In this document: positions 45,443 through 55,960 of the stretch, in pieces
How the letters are laid out: each line of letters starts with the position of its first letter
How positions within the stretch are numbered: the first letter of the stretch is position 1
Virus record (IMG/VR): IMGVR_UViG_3300025093_000015
Span: 1 to 64,000 of that record
DNA length: 64,000 nt
Source: a virus
Direction: 5' to 3' (one strand)
Made by a program: the position numbers and the translations under genes
Notes under the pieces: generated by a model
Told to the model about the DNA's origin: nothing
Database searches by the model: none
What the model saw: the letters and a program-made list of their open reading frames with translations, nothing else

Positions 45443-47627
45443 AATTGTACCTACATACAAAGATGGTAAATGGACTACAACTGATTTTAAATCAAGAGAA
45501 GACTTTACTAAATATATTTTAACTTTATTTAAAGAGCCAGGGCAGTATCAATTTGATGAGACTGCTCTGCTTTTTAATAATGAAGCTACTATATTTAACA
45601 AGAATGGTTTTTACTGTGATAAACCATTTAGATCAAAAGATTATATAAAATATTGGGAAGATCAAAAACATAAATGCAGAGAGGGTGTTCTATACCATGG
45701 TAAGAAGAATATATTTTATTTAACTAGAGATTATTACATGTGGTTAAACTTCTTACCAATCTTTGATAAAGAAGAAAAGAAGTATGGTTTTGCAAAAGTT
45801 AGAGATGCACAATATCATATGGCCTTATATGAACTACTTGCAGAATTACATTATAAGCATGCTGCTATCTTAAAGAAAAGACAGATAGCTTCATCATATT
45901 TTCATATGGCAAAACTTTTAAATCAGTTCTGGTTTGAAGAAGGGTCTATATGTAAAATGGGTGCTTCATTAAAAGATTATATTAATGATAAAGGTTCTTG
46001 GAAGTTTTTAGATGAATATAAAACATTCCTTAATGAACATACAGCTTGGTATAGACCATGTACACCTGAGAAGGTATTGCTATGGGAACAGAAGATAGAA
46101 GTAAGAATAAATAATAGAAAAACTAACAAAGGACTTATGTCTAAAATACAAGGTGCATCTTTTGAAAAAAATGCAACAACAGGTGTAGGTGGACCTTGTA
46201 CTTACTTCTTTCATGAAGAGGCTGGTATTGCTCCAAAGATGGATCAAACTTATGAGTATATCAGACCAGCCATGTCATCTGGTATGATTACTACCGGTAT
46301 GTTTATAGCTGCAGGATCTGTGGGTGATCTTGATCAGTGTAATCCTCTAAAGGAAATGATACTTAATCCACAATCAAATGATATATACGCTGTAGAAACA
46401 GATCTAATGGATGATAAAGGTGGTTTTGGTATTGCAGGTCTATTTATACCAGAACAGTGGTCTATGCCCCCTTATATTGATAAATACGGTAACTCACAAA
46501 TAAAAGAAGCTTTGCAAGCTATTAAAGATGAAAGAGGTCAATGGGAAAAAGATTTAGCACCAGAACAATATCAATTACGTATATCACAGAAACCTATTAA
46601 TATTGCAGAAGCTTTTGCTTATAGACAAGCATCTATATTTCCACAAGGTATTATTGCTAAACAATTAAAGAAGATTGAAGATAAAGAATATTCTTATGAG
46701 TTTATACAACTAGAACGTGATCAAAAAGGTATAACAGCAAAAAGAACTAAAAAATTACCTATATCTACTTTTCCTGTAAAGAAAAAGATGGAAGATAAAA
46801 CTGGATCACTTGTAGTATGGGAAAGACCAATTAAGAATCCAGACTTTGGTACATACTATGCATCTATTGACCCTGTATCAGAAGGTAAAACAACTACATC
46901 AGATTCATTGTGTAGTATATTTGTTTATAAAAATCCAGTAGAGGTTACAAGAGAAACACCAGATGGATCTGAAACATTTATAGAAAAAGATAAAATAGTA
47001 GCATCATGGTGTGGTAGATATGATGATATAAATAAAACTCATGAGCAATTAGAAATGATTATAGAGTGGTATAAAGCATGGACTATTGTTGAGAACAATA
47101 TATCTTTATTTATACAACATATGATTGCTAAAAGAAAACAAAAATATCTTGTACCTAAACAGCAAGTATTATTTTTAAAAGATCTTGGCTCAAACAGAAC
47201 TGTATATCAAGAGTATGGTTGGAAAAATACAGGAACATTATTTAAAAATCATTTAATATCTTATGCAATAGAATATATTAGAGAAGTGATAGATGAGGAT
47301 TTAGATGATAATGGAGAAGTAATATCACAAACATTTGGTATAGATAGAATACCTGATCCAATGTTGTTAACAGAAATGTCACAATATTATCCTGGATTAA
47401 ACGTGGATAGACTTGTAGCTTTTTCTGCATTAGTTGCATTTGCTAAGGTTCAACAGTCTAATAGAGGCTATTTAAAACGTAAAGAACTGGATAAGTCAGC
47501 AAATAACTTGGATAATTCAAGAAATTTGTATAAATTATCTATGAGCCCTTTTAAGAATTTAGGGAGGGGTAAAAAGAATAATGGAAGTAAAAAATTTAGA
47601 AAGTCACCTTTTAAAAATATAAAATGA
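45435..47627 (+). CDS. terL: Terminase large subunit, crAss-like
   Basis: KKRQIASSY Walker A variant, FHEEAG Walker B, SIDP nuclease motif, NVDR. Confidence 0.9.
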   Translation: MYKIVPTYKDGKWTTTDFKSREDFTKYILTLFKEPGQYQFDETALLFNNEATIFNKNGFYCDKPFRSKDYIKYWEDQKHKCREGVLYHGKKNIFYLTRDYYMWLNFLPIFDKEEKKYGFAKVRDAQYHMALYELLAELHYKHAAILKKRQIASSYFHMAKLLNQFWFEEGSICKMGASLKDYINDKGSWKFLDEYKTFLNEHTAWYRPCTPEKVLLWEQKIEVRINNRKTNKGLMSKIQGASFEKNATTGVGGPCTYFFHEEAGIAPKMDQTYEYIRPAMSSGMITTGMFIAAGSVGDLDQCNPLKEMILNPQSNDIYAVETDLMDDKGGFGIAGLFIPEQWSMPPYIDKYGNSQIKEALQAIKDERGQWEKDLAPEQYQLRISQKPINIAEAFAYRQASIFPQGIIAKQLKKIEDKEYSYEFIQLERDQKGITAKRTKKLPISTFPVKKKMEDKTGSLVVWERPIKNPDFGTYYASIDPVSEGKTTTSDSLCSIFVYKNPVEVTRETPDGSETFIEKDKIVASWCGRYDDINKTHEQLEMIIEWYKAWTIVENNISLFIQHMIAKRKQKYLVPKQQVLFLKDLGSNRTVYQEYGWKNTGTLFKNHLISYAIEYIREVIDEDLDDNGEVISQTFGIDRIPDPMLLTEMSQYYPGLNVDRLVAFSALVAFAKVQQSNRGYLKRKELDKSANNLDNSRNLYKLSMSPFKNLGRGKKNNGSKKFRKSPFKNIK

Positions 47628-47695
47628 AAAAGTACTGGACAACTTCTACAACATGTGGTGATATTAGTATCATCTATTATATAAAGAAATAAATA

Positions 47696-50461
47696 ATGAA
47701 AGTATTTAACGCTCTTCAATTAAAAAATGGTGCAAAAGCCAAAGAATCTAGATACCCGGCTACATCAAGTTTAACTCAACCTGTACAGTTTTTATCTGCA
47801 AAACGTAAAACTAATGATTGGGCTGCATGGAATTTAGATTGGCTTGAAGAACAAGGTATGGAGTTCTTAAGAAGAAATGCCAGAAAACTTTTAAAGAATT
47901 ATAAGCTAGCAAAAGGTATCATTGATAAGACAGATTATATTATTGAAGAGAATAATCAATATTCAGAACTTATTGATGTATTAACAGAAGAAGACAACTC
48001 AGCATTAGAGTTGAAGTTCTATCCTATAATCCCAAACGTAATTAACGTTCTCTCAGGAGAATTTTCTAAAAGATTTAATAAAGTTCAATTTAGAGCTGTA
48101 GATGATCTATCATATAATGAAATGATGGAACAGAAAAGATCTATGATTGAAGAAAATCTATTAGCTGATGCTGCAATACAAGTTCAACAAAAGTTAATTG
48201 AACAAGGTCTTGATCTTTCAGGAGAAGAAGCACAAAAAGCTCTTGCACCAGAACAATTAAAATCATTACCTGAAATAGAAGAATTTTTTCAAAAAGATTA
48301 TAGAAGCTTAGTAGAAGAATGGGCTAGTCATCAATTAAGAGTTGATGAAGAAAGATTTAAAATGCAGGAATTAGAAGAAAGAGGATTCCGTGACATGCTT
48401 ATATGTGATAGAGAATTTTGGCATTTTAAAATGATGGAAGATGACTATAAAGTAGAATTATGGAATCCAGTATTAACGTTCTACCAAAAGTCTCCAGACA
48501 CAAGATATATTTCAGAATCTAATTATGCAGGTAAGTGTGAGATGATGACAATATCAGATGTTATTGATAGTTATGGTTACTTGATGTCTAAAAAACAATT
48601 AGAGTCATTAGAATCAATACATCCTGCTAAATCTGCAATTTATATGAATCAACCAGTTCAAAATGATGGTTCATTCTATGATCCTACAAAATCTCATAAA
48701 TGGAACACACAATCTCCTTCATTAGGATATAGACAGTTTATGAGTAACTGGAATAAGTTTCCAGGTGGTGGAGGTGACATTGTATCACAAATCTTAGGTG
48801 AAGGTGAAGATCTTGCATCATATGGTAACACTGATCTTTTAAGAGTATCTACAATTTATTGGAAGACTCAAAGAAAGGTTGGGCATTTAACTAGAGTTAT
48901 GCCAGATGGTGAAGTAGAACAATTAATTATTGATGAAAACTGGAAACAGTCACACAAACCTATTTATAATACGCATCTATTCAAAGAGAAAACAAAAGAT
49001 AATCTTATTGAAGGAGAACATGTAGATTGGATATGGATTAATGAAGTATGGGGTGGAGTAAAAATAGGTAGAAACTTACCACATAGTTGGAGAACAGAAA
49101 TGTCATCTGATTTTGATCCAATATACTTAGGTATAAATAAAAAGAAACCAGGTAGAGTACAGTTTCAATTTAAAGGAGATAACAATCTTTATGGTTGTAA
49201 ACTACCTATTGAGGGAAGAGTATTCTCAGATAGAAATACGAGATCTACTTCTTTAGTAGACTTAATGAAACCATATCAAGTAGGATACAATATGGTTAAT
49301 AATCAAATTGCAGATATACTAGTAGATGAACTAGGAACTGTAATTATGTTTGATCAGAATGCATTACCACGTCACTCAATGGGAGAAGATTGGGGTAAGA
49401 ATAATATGGCAAAAGCATATGTAGCTATGAAGGACTTTGGTATGTTACCATTAGATACTTCTATAACAAACACAGAAAATGCTACAAACTTTAATCATTA
49501 TCAGACATTAAATCTTGAACAGTCAGGAAGATTAATGTCAAGAATACAATTAGCCAATCATTTTAAGCAACAAGCTTTTGATGCTATTGGTGTTAATCCA
49601 CAAAGATTAGGTGCACCAGTTGCTCAACAAACAGCTACAGGTGTAACACAAGCTATGAATCAATCATATGCACAAACAGAAATGTACTTTATACAACACT
49701 CAGATAATCTTATGCCAAGGGTACATCAGATGAGAACTGACTTATCACAATACTACCATAGTAAAATGCCTAGTGTTAGATTAAATTATATTTCTAGTGA
49801 AGCTGAAAAAGTAAACTTCCAAATAAATGGTACAGAATTATTAATGAGAGATTTTAATATTTTCTGTACAACAAGAACAAATCATAGATCTATATTAGAT
49901 CAACTTAAACAATTAGCAATGACTAATAACACATCAGGCGCAAGTATATTTGATCTTGGTGGTATTATTAAAGCTGACTCAATTGCAGAAGTTTCTAACA
50001 TTCTTAAAGGTGCTGAAGAAAAACAACAAGCTCAAAGACAACAAGAAATGCAACAACAACAGCAAATGCAACAGCAACAAATTGAAGCACAAGCTAAAGA
50101 AAAAGCTGCTGAACGTGAGTTCCAAGCTTCACAAAATGCTGAAGAACGTAAAAATGATCTTATGGTTGCAGAAATTAGAGCTGCTGGTTATGGTGCACAA
50201 ACTGATATTGATCAAAATGAGCAAAGTGATTTCCGTGATGCAATGCAAGATATGGAAAAAAGAGAGCAGTATAGAGAGCAAATGGACTTCAAAAGAGATG
50301 AAGCAATTAGAAGAGATTCTATGAGTCAAGCAAAAATGGATATTGATAGACAAAAATTACAAACTCAACGTGATATTGCAGCTACAAATCTAGAAATTGC
50401 TAGAGAGAATAAGAATAAATATGATGTTCAAAAATCCCCAAAAGACAAGGATAAAGAGTAA
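47696..50461 (+). CDS. Portal protein, crAss-like
   Basis: 921 aa after terL; YPII.NV..VL.GE, SLVDLMKPYQ, Gln-rich coiled-coil C-terminus. Confidence 0.85.
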   Translation: MKVFNALQLKNGAKAKESRYPATSSLTQPVQFLSAKRKTNDWAAWNLDWLEEQGMEFLRRNARKLLKNYKLAKGIIDKTDYIIEENNQYSELIDVLTEEDNSALELKFYPIIPNVINVLSGEFSKRFNKVQFRAVDDLSYNEMMEQKRSMIEENLLADAAIQVQQKLIEQGLDLSGEEAQKALAPEQLKSLPEIEEFFQKDYRSLVEEWASHQLRVDEERFKMQELEERGFRDMLICDREFWHFKMMEDDYKVELWNPVLTFYQKSPDTRYISESNYAGKCEMMTISDVIDSYGYLMSKKQLESLESIHPAKSAIYMNQPVQNDGSFYDPTKSHKWNTQSPSLGYRQFMSNWNKFPGGGGDIVSQILGEGEDLASYGNTDLLRVSTIYWKTQRKVGHLTRVMPDGEVEQLIIDENWKQSHKPIYNTHLFKEKTKDNLIEGEHVDWIWINEVWGGVKIGRNLPHSWRTEMSSDFDPIYLGINKKKPGRVQFQFKGDNNLYGCKLPIEGRVFSDRNTRSTSLVDLMKPYQVGYNMVNNQIADILVDELGTVIMFDQNALPRHSMGEDWGKNNMAKAYVAMKDFGMLPLDTSITNTENATNFNHYQTLNLEQSGRLMSRIQLANHFKQQAFDAIGVNPQRLGAPVAQQTATGVTQAMNQSYAQTEMYFIQHSDNLMPRVHQMRTDLSQYYHSKMPSVRLNYISSEAEKVNFQINGTELLMRDFNIFCTTRTNHRSILDQLKQLAMTNNTSGASIFDLGGIIKADSIAEVSNILKGAEEKQQAQRQQEMQQQQQMQQQQIEAQAKEKAAEREFQASQNAEERKNDLMVAEIRAAGYGAQTDIDQNEQSDFRDAMQDMEKREQYREQMDFKRDEAIRRDSMSQAKMDIDRQKLQTQRDIAATNLEIARENKNKYDVQKSPKDKDKE

Positions 50462-50539
50462 GAATAATATACTTAGCTATATACTACAAAAAACTTTAGT
50501 AGATTTTCAAATTTTTAAGGTTTAAATAAAAAAAACTTA

Positions 50540-50548
50540 GTATATTAT
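50540..50548 (+). promoter_or_regulatory. GTATATTAT phage promoter motif
   Basis: 35 nt before the scaffold gene ATG. Confidence 0.65.
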
Positions 50549-50583
50549 ATATGTAATCATTAACATTAAAACCAATAATAGTT

Positions 50584-51870
50584 ATGGCTGAAACAAAAAC
50601 AGTAGAAACCAAAGTAGAAAAGGTAGAGGTAAACCTTGATGAAATTTTTAACGGAGCTCCAGGTGCGGAGTCAATAACATTACCGGAAGAAGAATCAAAA
50701 AAACCTAACGTATTTAGTAGAAAAAAAGATGTTGACATGTCATTTATTGACAAACCAGTAGCTGAAGAAACTAAAGAAGAAGAAAAACCAGAAGCTACAG
50801 AAGAAACGTCTGAAGTAGTTGAGGAGAAAAAAGAAAAGAAAGAAACTGTTACTCCTGATCAGATTGATGAAATCTTAGGAGATAATCAAGAAGAAGAAGA
50901 AGTAACAGCAGAAACTGAAACAAAGAAGAGAGGTAGAAAACCAATCAGCGGAGTTTCAGATGTCTTCAAAAAGTTAATTGATGAAGAAAAACTTTTAGCT
51001 TTTGATGACGGAAAGGAGTTAGAAGACTATACTGCAAAAGATTGGCAAGAGCTTATTCAGGCTAATTTAGATGAAAGAGCAAATGCAGTAAGAAGAGAAA
51101 CTCCAAAACAGTTCTTTGACAGTTTACCACAGGAACTTCAAATTGCAGCAAGATATGTTGCAGATGGAGGTACTGATCTTAAAGGAATATTTAAAGCATT
51201 ATCAGTTGTTGAAGAAACAAGAGATCTCAATGTAAAAGAAGTGAAAGATCAGAAGCACATAATTAGAGAATATTTATCTGCAACTGGTTACGGAACACAA
51301 GAAGAAATTGATGAAGAGATTGAAGTATGGTCTGATTTAGGAAAACTAGAGCAACAAGCCATGAAGTTTAAACCTAAATTAGATAAAATGCAAGAGCAAG
51401 TTGTTGCTAGAAAACTTCAAGAACAAGACATGAAGAAAAAACAACAACAACAAGCTTCTCAAAACTATATGCAAAATGTATATAACACACTTAAAGATGG
51501 TAAAGTAGGTGATATTAAAGTAGATAAGAAAGTTCAATCCTTCTTATATAATGGTTTAGTTAATCCAGCTTATCCTTCAATTAGTGGACAAAATACAAAC
51601 TTGTTAGGTCATTTGTTAGAAAAGTATCAGTTTGTTGAACCAAACTATAGTATTGTAACTGAAGCATTATGGTTGCTTGCTGATCCAAAAGGATACAAAG
51701 CTAACATTATGAAAATAGGTGAAAATAAAGCTGTTGAAAAAACAGTTAGAAAACTTAAAACAGCACAAAGTAATAGAGCAAATGCTGCAGCTGTACAAGA
51801 AGAAACACCTCAAAAAAGACAAACAAGAAAATTACCAAGAGGTAATAAAAATATTTTTAAAAGAATTTAA
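50584..51870 (+). CDS. Putative capsid scaffolding/assembly protein
   Basis: Acidic disordered N-terminus and helical body; located between portal and MCP. Confidence 0.65.
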   Translation: MAETKTVETKVEKVEVNLDEIFNGAPGAESITLPEEESKKPNVFSRKKDVDMSFIDKPVAEETKEEEKPEATEETSEVVEEKKEKKETVTPDQIDEILGDNQEEEEVTAETETKKRGRKPISGVSDVFKKLIDEEKLLAFDDGKELEDYTAKDWQELIQANLDERANAVRRETPKQFFDSLPQELQIAARYVADGGTDLKGIFKALSVVEETRDLNVKEVKDQKHIIREYLSATGYGTQEEIDEEIEVWSDLGKLEQQAMKFKPKLDKMQEQVVARKLQEQDMKKKQQQQASQNYMQNVYNTLKDGKVGDIKVDKKVQSFLYNGLVNPAYPSISGQNTNLLGHLLEKYQFVEPNYSIVTEALWLLADPKGYKANIMKIGENKAVEKTVRKLKTAQSNRANAAAVQEETPQKRQTRKLPRGNKNIFKRI

Positions 51871-51911
51871 CAATAAACAATTAATTATTAACTAAACTAA
51901 ATTTTTAAATC

Positions 51912-52295
51912 ATGGCAAAAAATCCAAAAATTCATACGGTTACCTGTAAATATGTCTTTGCAGACGATGGTGCTGGTTCAACTTCAGCAACTACAGCATT
52001 AGCAGATACAGGTTTCATTCCAAAAGGTGCACAAATACTACGTGTTGGTGCTTTTTGTAAAACAGCATTAGCAGGATCAGGTGGTGGTCTTGAGCTTTAT
52101 GCAGAAGGTACAGATGGTACTGATTCTGTAAAAGTTGCAACATTTGCAGGTGGTACATTTGCAGCGAATGGTGATGCAGAAACATCAACAGTTACAGGTG
52201 CAATTATAACAGAAGAATCTGATTTTGCAATTAAGATGGTAACTGCGGTAGCATCAGCAGGAGATATAACTTTTGTAATAGAATACATAAACTAA
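51912..52295 (+). CDS. Putative capsid decoration protein
   Basis: Small beta-rich Ala/Gly/Thr protein (IPKGAQIL) directly before MCP. Confidence 0.5.
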   Translation: MAKNPKIHTVTCKYVFADDGAGSTSATTALADTGFIPKGAQILRVGAFCKTALAGSGGGLELYAEGTDGTDSVKVATFAGGTFAANGDAETSTVTGAIITEESDFAIKMVTAVASAGDITFVIEYIN

Positions 52296-52330
52296 TTAAA
52301 TTAATATTAACTTTAAAACAATAATCAATT

Positions 52331-53965
52331 ATGGCAACTCCAGTATTAAATAATGGGATTTTCCTAAGAGATACAAACTACAAAGCTAGTTCTCATGTTG
52401 ATTCTTACCACTTAACAGCAATGTTAGGATCTGCAGAACCTATGGATATGGGTCCTGTTGATTTGTGGGCAATGACACAAAAGGTTGAAATGCCTTTGTA
52501 TCAGTTAGCTTCATTTGGTGGACAGAATACAATTATGGTTGACAATGCACGTGGTGAGTATAAATGGCAAACTCCTATTGCACAAGACCTTCCTTACTCT
52601 CTAGGTAAAATTGACGGTGTCACTGACGCTGATGGAACAGTTAGAGGTATAGATGGTAAAACTTTTAAAATTCTTTTAAGTAAGAGAGCATTTGGTCACG
52701 GTGATATTATTACTTATGACAAGTACAATGGTAAAGAACTTTACGTTACTGCGGATGATATTCTTCCTTCAGGTGACGGATTTGTTTATACTGTACAACT
52801 TGTAAACAATGATAACACTGCTGGTCTAGCTGACAAATACCTTAAGTCAGGAACTAAATTCTTTAGAAAAGGTTCTGCAAGAGGTGAGTACGGTGAAAGA
52901 TTTTCAGATATTCAAACAGGAACTGGTTTCAGAGAATTCTACAACTTTGTAGGAGGAGCTGAAGCACACGTTCACTATTCAGTTTCTTCAAGAGCAGACT
53001 TAATGCTTAAAGGAGGAATGAATGCTGACGGTTCTATTCCTGTAACTGAGATTTGGAGAACATTTGACCAAGACGTTGATCCTTCTGTATCTTCTTTAGA
53101 GAGCATGGTAGAGATCATGGGTGCTGATTACGTGAAGAGAGCATTTGATAATGGTTCATTATCTAGAACTTTCTTAACTAACTTAGAAGCAGCACACCTT
53201 AACAAAATTGCTAGTGACATTGAAACTTACTTAATGTGGGGTCACGGTGGTAGAGTTAGACAAGACGGTCCAGATGACATCAGAATGTCAGTTGGTCTTT
53301 GGAAGCAATTAGACAACTCTTACAAGAGAATCTATAACAAGTCTTCTTTCAGCTTAGATATGTTTAAAACTGAGCTTTACAACTTCTACCAAGGTAAAGT
53401 TGAATTAGAAGGACCAGATCCACAAAGAACATTAATTGTTCAGACTGGTATTGGTGGTATGAAGCTTGTTAATGATGCAATTGCTAAAGAAGCTGCAGGT
53501 CTAGGAACTGCTTATGTAACTAATACTGATCAAATTGGTATGGTAACTGGTAGTGGAATGGACTTAGGTTTTGGATATGCATTCACTTCTTATGTAATTC
53601 CTTTCTTGGCAAACGTAAGATTTGTATTGAATCCTGCATTTGATAACCTACATACTAATGACATTGAGAATCCACTTATTGATGGAAGACCATTAAGCTC
53701 ATACAGCTTTATTATCTTTGACATCACTGAGTCTGGTAATGACAATATTCACTTATTGAAATTATCTTGGGATAATGCATTAAAATGGTTCTACCAAAAT
53801 GGTACTATGGACTATATGGGAAGAACTCAAGGTTTTGCATCATCAGGTAACTTTAATGGATACCGTGTAATGATGACACAAACTATGCCTTCAGTATGGG
53901 TAAAAGACCCAACTAAGGTTCTTAAAATTGTAATGAAGAATCCAATAACAGGAGGATCATTCTAA
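52331..53965 (+). CDS. Major capsid protein, crAss-like
   Basis: 544 aa; EYKW, GLWKQL, TGIGG, VKDPT; high-expression codon usage; followed by a strong terminator. Confidence 0.88.
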   Translation: MATPVLNNGIFLRDTNYKASSHVDSYHLTAMLGSAEPMDMGPVDLWAMTQKVEMPLYQLASFGGQNTIMVDNARGEYKWQTPIAQDLPYSLGKIDGVTDADGTVRGIDGKTFKILLSKRAFGHGDIITYDKYNGKELYVTADDILPSGDGFVYTVQLVNNDNTAGLADKYLKSGTKFFRKGSARGEYGERFSDIQTGTGFREFYNFVGGAEAHVHYSVSSRADLMLKGGMNADGSIPVTEIWRTFDQDVDPSVSSLESMVEIMGADYVKRAFDNGSLSRTFLTNLEAAHLNKIASDIETYLMWGHGGRVRQDGPDDIRMSVGLWKQLDNSYKRIYNKSSFSLDMFKTELYNFYQGKVELEGPDPQRTLIVQTGIGGMKLVNDAIAKEAAGLGTAYVTNTDQIGMVTGSGMDLGFGYAFTSYVIPFLANVRFVLNPAFDNLHTNDIENPLIDGRPLSSYSFIIFDITESGNDNIHLLKLSWDNALKWFYQNGTMDYMGRTQGFASSGNFNGYRVMMTQTMPSVWVKDPTKVLKIVMKNPITGGSF

Positions 53966-53980
53966 TATTTATTTTGATAA

Positions 53981-54019
53981 TGGGGAGGGTAATTAAACTC
54001 TCCCCAATATCTTTTTTTT
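53981..54019 (+). terminator. Intrinsic terminator after MCP
   Basis: TGGGGAG...CTCCCCA hairpin then T-run. Confidence 0.7.
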
Positions 54020-54047
54020 AAACTATAAACCAATAATTAATTTAAAG

Positions 54048-55124
54048 ATGGCTAAAAAACAAAACATTAAACCAACAGAACAAGTAATAGAGAATACTAC
54101 AACACCAGTAGAACCTATTACTGAAATAACAATGATTGAAAAATATCAAGAAGGTAAAAATCAATCAATTGCAATACGTACTTTTTTTGATGGATCCAAT
54201 GAAAATATGGGTCTTGAAAATTATGGTATGTCACTTTTTGAAGGTGTAGTTCATGAAGAAGAATTATCATGTCTTGAAATCAATGGTATTAAAAGATATG
54301 TTACAGGCTTAAATGAATTTGCTCCTGAAATAAAGAAACTACCTCCTCAAAAGAGAGTAGCAAAAATAAATGAAATTAGAAAGGCTGTTGCAGTACTTGA
54401 AAGAGATCTTGCAGCTAATATAATTGATCCAGAAGATCCAGAGTTTTGGAATAAAGTAAAATTACTTAGACATGATAATCATGAATTCTGGGGAAAAATT
54501 AGCATTAGAGTAGGTAATGATCCAATTTATTTAGATCCTTCAACAGATCCTTATGATCTAATAAAATTATATGCAATTGAAGCAGGTGGCTTTTCTATTG
54601 TTGCACCAAATTTAAAAACAGCAAAAGGAACACCAGGTTGTAAATTTTATTTAGATAAACTAGAAGATACTGTTGGTACAAGAACAGAATTATCTAAATT
54701 AAGAAATAGAGCTTTAGCAGCACTAACAACTATGTTTGATTCAGAAAATAAAAAATTATTTTATGTTGCAAAAGTTTGTGATGCTAATAGTACACAATAT
54801 AATAATTCAACTGCGCATGATGTAATCTATGAAAATATGGATGCATTTATTCATGGTGATGGTCATGATAGAAATCAAAGAAGAGCAGCACAAATGTTCT
54901 TAGATACTTCAAGACTTTCTATGGAAGATTTAAAGTTGAAAGCTATTATTAAAGATGCTAGTGCATATGGTGTTATTACAAATAAAGCAGATGGATGGAT
55001 TTATTTAGGAAGTGTTAAGCTTGGTAAATCATCTGATTCATGTGTTGAGTTTTTAAAGAACCCGTTAAATGAAGAACATTTAGCATCTATTCAAAGTCAA
55101 GTTGAATATTACTGGACAATGTAA
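54048..55124 (+). CDS. Conserved crAss-like gene downstream of MCP
   Basis: 358 aa; synteny; EFW...LDP motif. Confidence 0.7.
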   Translation: MAKKQNIKPTEQVIENTTTPVEPITEITMIEKYQEGKNQSIAIRTFFDGSNENMGLENYGMSLFEGVVHEEELSCLEINGIKRYVTGLNEFAPEIKKLPPQKRVAKINEIRKAVAVLERDLAANIIDPEDPEFWNKVKLLRHDNHEFWGKISIRVGNDPIYLDPSTDPYDLIKLYAIEAGGFSIVAPNLKTAKGTPGCKFYLDKLEDTVGTRTELSKLRNRALAALTTMFDSENKKLFYVAKVCDANSTQYNNSTAHDVIYENMDAFIHGDGHDRNQRRAAQMFLDTSRLSMEDLKLKAIIKDASAYGVITNKADGWIYLGSVKLGKSSDSCVEFLKNPLNEEHLASIQSQVEYYWTM

Positions 55125-55126
55125 TT

Positions 55127-55864
55127 ATGAATAATACTACACTACAATTAAAATTTAGACAAAGGCTTAATAAAATAGCTAGTAATGACTATGATAACAT
55201 AGAGTGCTGGCAGATTGTTGAGGCATTTAATAAAGCACAAGTTGAATGGTGTAGAAGACAATTACATGGTAATAATATGTATAAAGAAGGAGATGAGATG
55301 TCTAAAAGAAGAATTGATGATCTCCAACCTTTATTAAGAGATATTAGTTTTGCATTTGTTAATCAACCTACATATATACAGTCTACATCTTTTCCTGATG
55401 ATTATTTTGAATACAAAAGAATGACAGTTGAAGCTATCTCAGAATGCTGTCCTGCAGAGAAAATTAAAACTGCTTCTGGTTTAAGATCAAAAGGAAGAGA
55501 TATGACGGTATATCTTTCAGAAGAAGCTAATGTAGATCTTATAATGAGAGATCCTCTTAAAAGACCTGATTTTGAATGGGGAGAAACATATTGTACTATA
55601 CAAGGTAATAGGTTAAGAGTATACAAAAGAGATTTTGATATTATTAATCCTACTTTAACATATTATAGACAACCTAGAAATATTCAAATAGAAGGTTGTG
55701 TTGATCCATATACATTAGTGCAATCACCTGTAGATGTTGAATGTGAATTTAAAGATGATGTTGTTGAATTAATTATTGATGAAGCAGTATCAGTAATTGC
55801 AGGTGATATAAATGATATAAATCAATATGTTAGAGGTTCAGCAAGTGCAGAAAAAAATAATTAA
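55127..55864 (+). CDS. Head-tail ring/adaptor protein, crAss-like
   Basis: FNKAQ, RIDDLQPL, TYYRQP, IIDEAV. Confidence 0.65.
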   Translation: MNNTTLQLKFRQRLNKIASNDYDNIECWQIVEAFNKAQVEWCRRQLHGNNMYKEGDEMSKRRIDDLQPLLRDISFAFVNQPTYIQSTSFPDDYFEYKRMTVEAISECCPAEKIKTASGLRSKGRDMTVYLSEEANVDLIMRDPLKRPDFEWGETYCTIQGNRLRVYKRDFDIINPTLTYYRQPRNIQIEGCVDPYTLVQSPVDVECEFKDDVVELIIDEAVSVIAGDINDINQYVRGSASAEKNN

Positions 55865-55891
55865 TATATGAGGTAAATACATTTTTATTTT

Positions 55892-55900
55892 GTATATTAT
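55892..55900 (+). promoter_or_regulatory. GTATATTAT phage promoter motif
   Basis: Intergenic before 55961. Confidence 0.65.
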
Positions 55901-55960
55901 TAATGTATCACTATGATACAACTATATATCAATATTTATTAACTTTTAAAAAAAGAAATT

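Noticed and set aside
15148-53965. Introns or inteins in polB, terL, portal or MCP
   Set aside because: Each is one uninterrupted ORF of plausible length with no intein or homing-endonuclease motifs seen.
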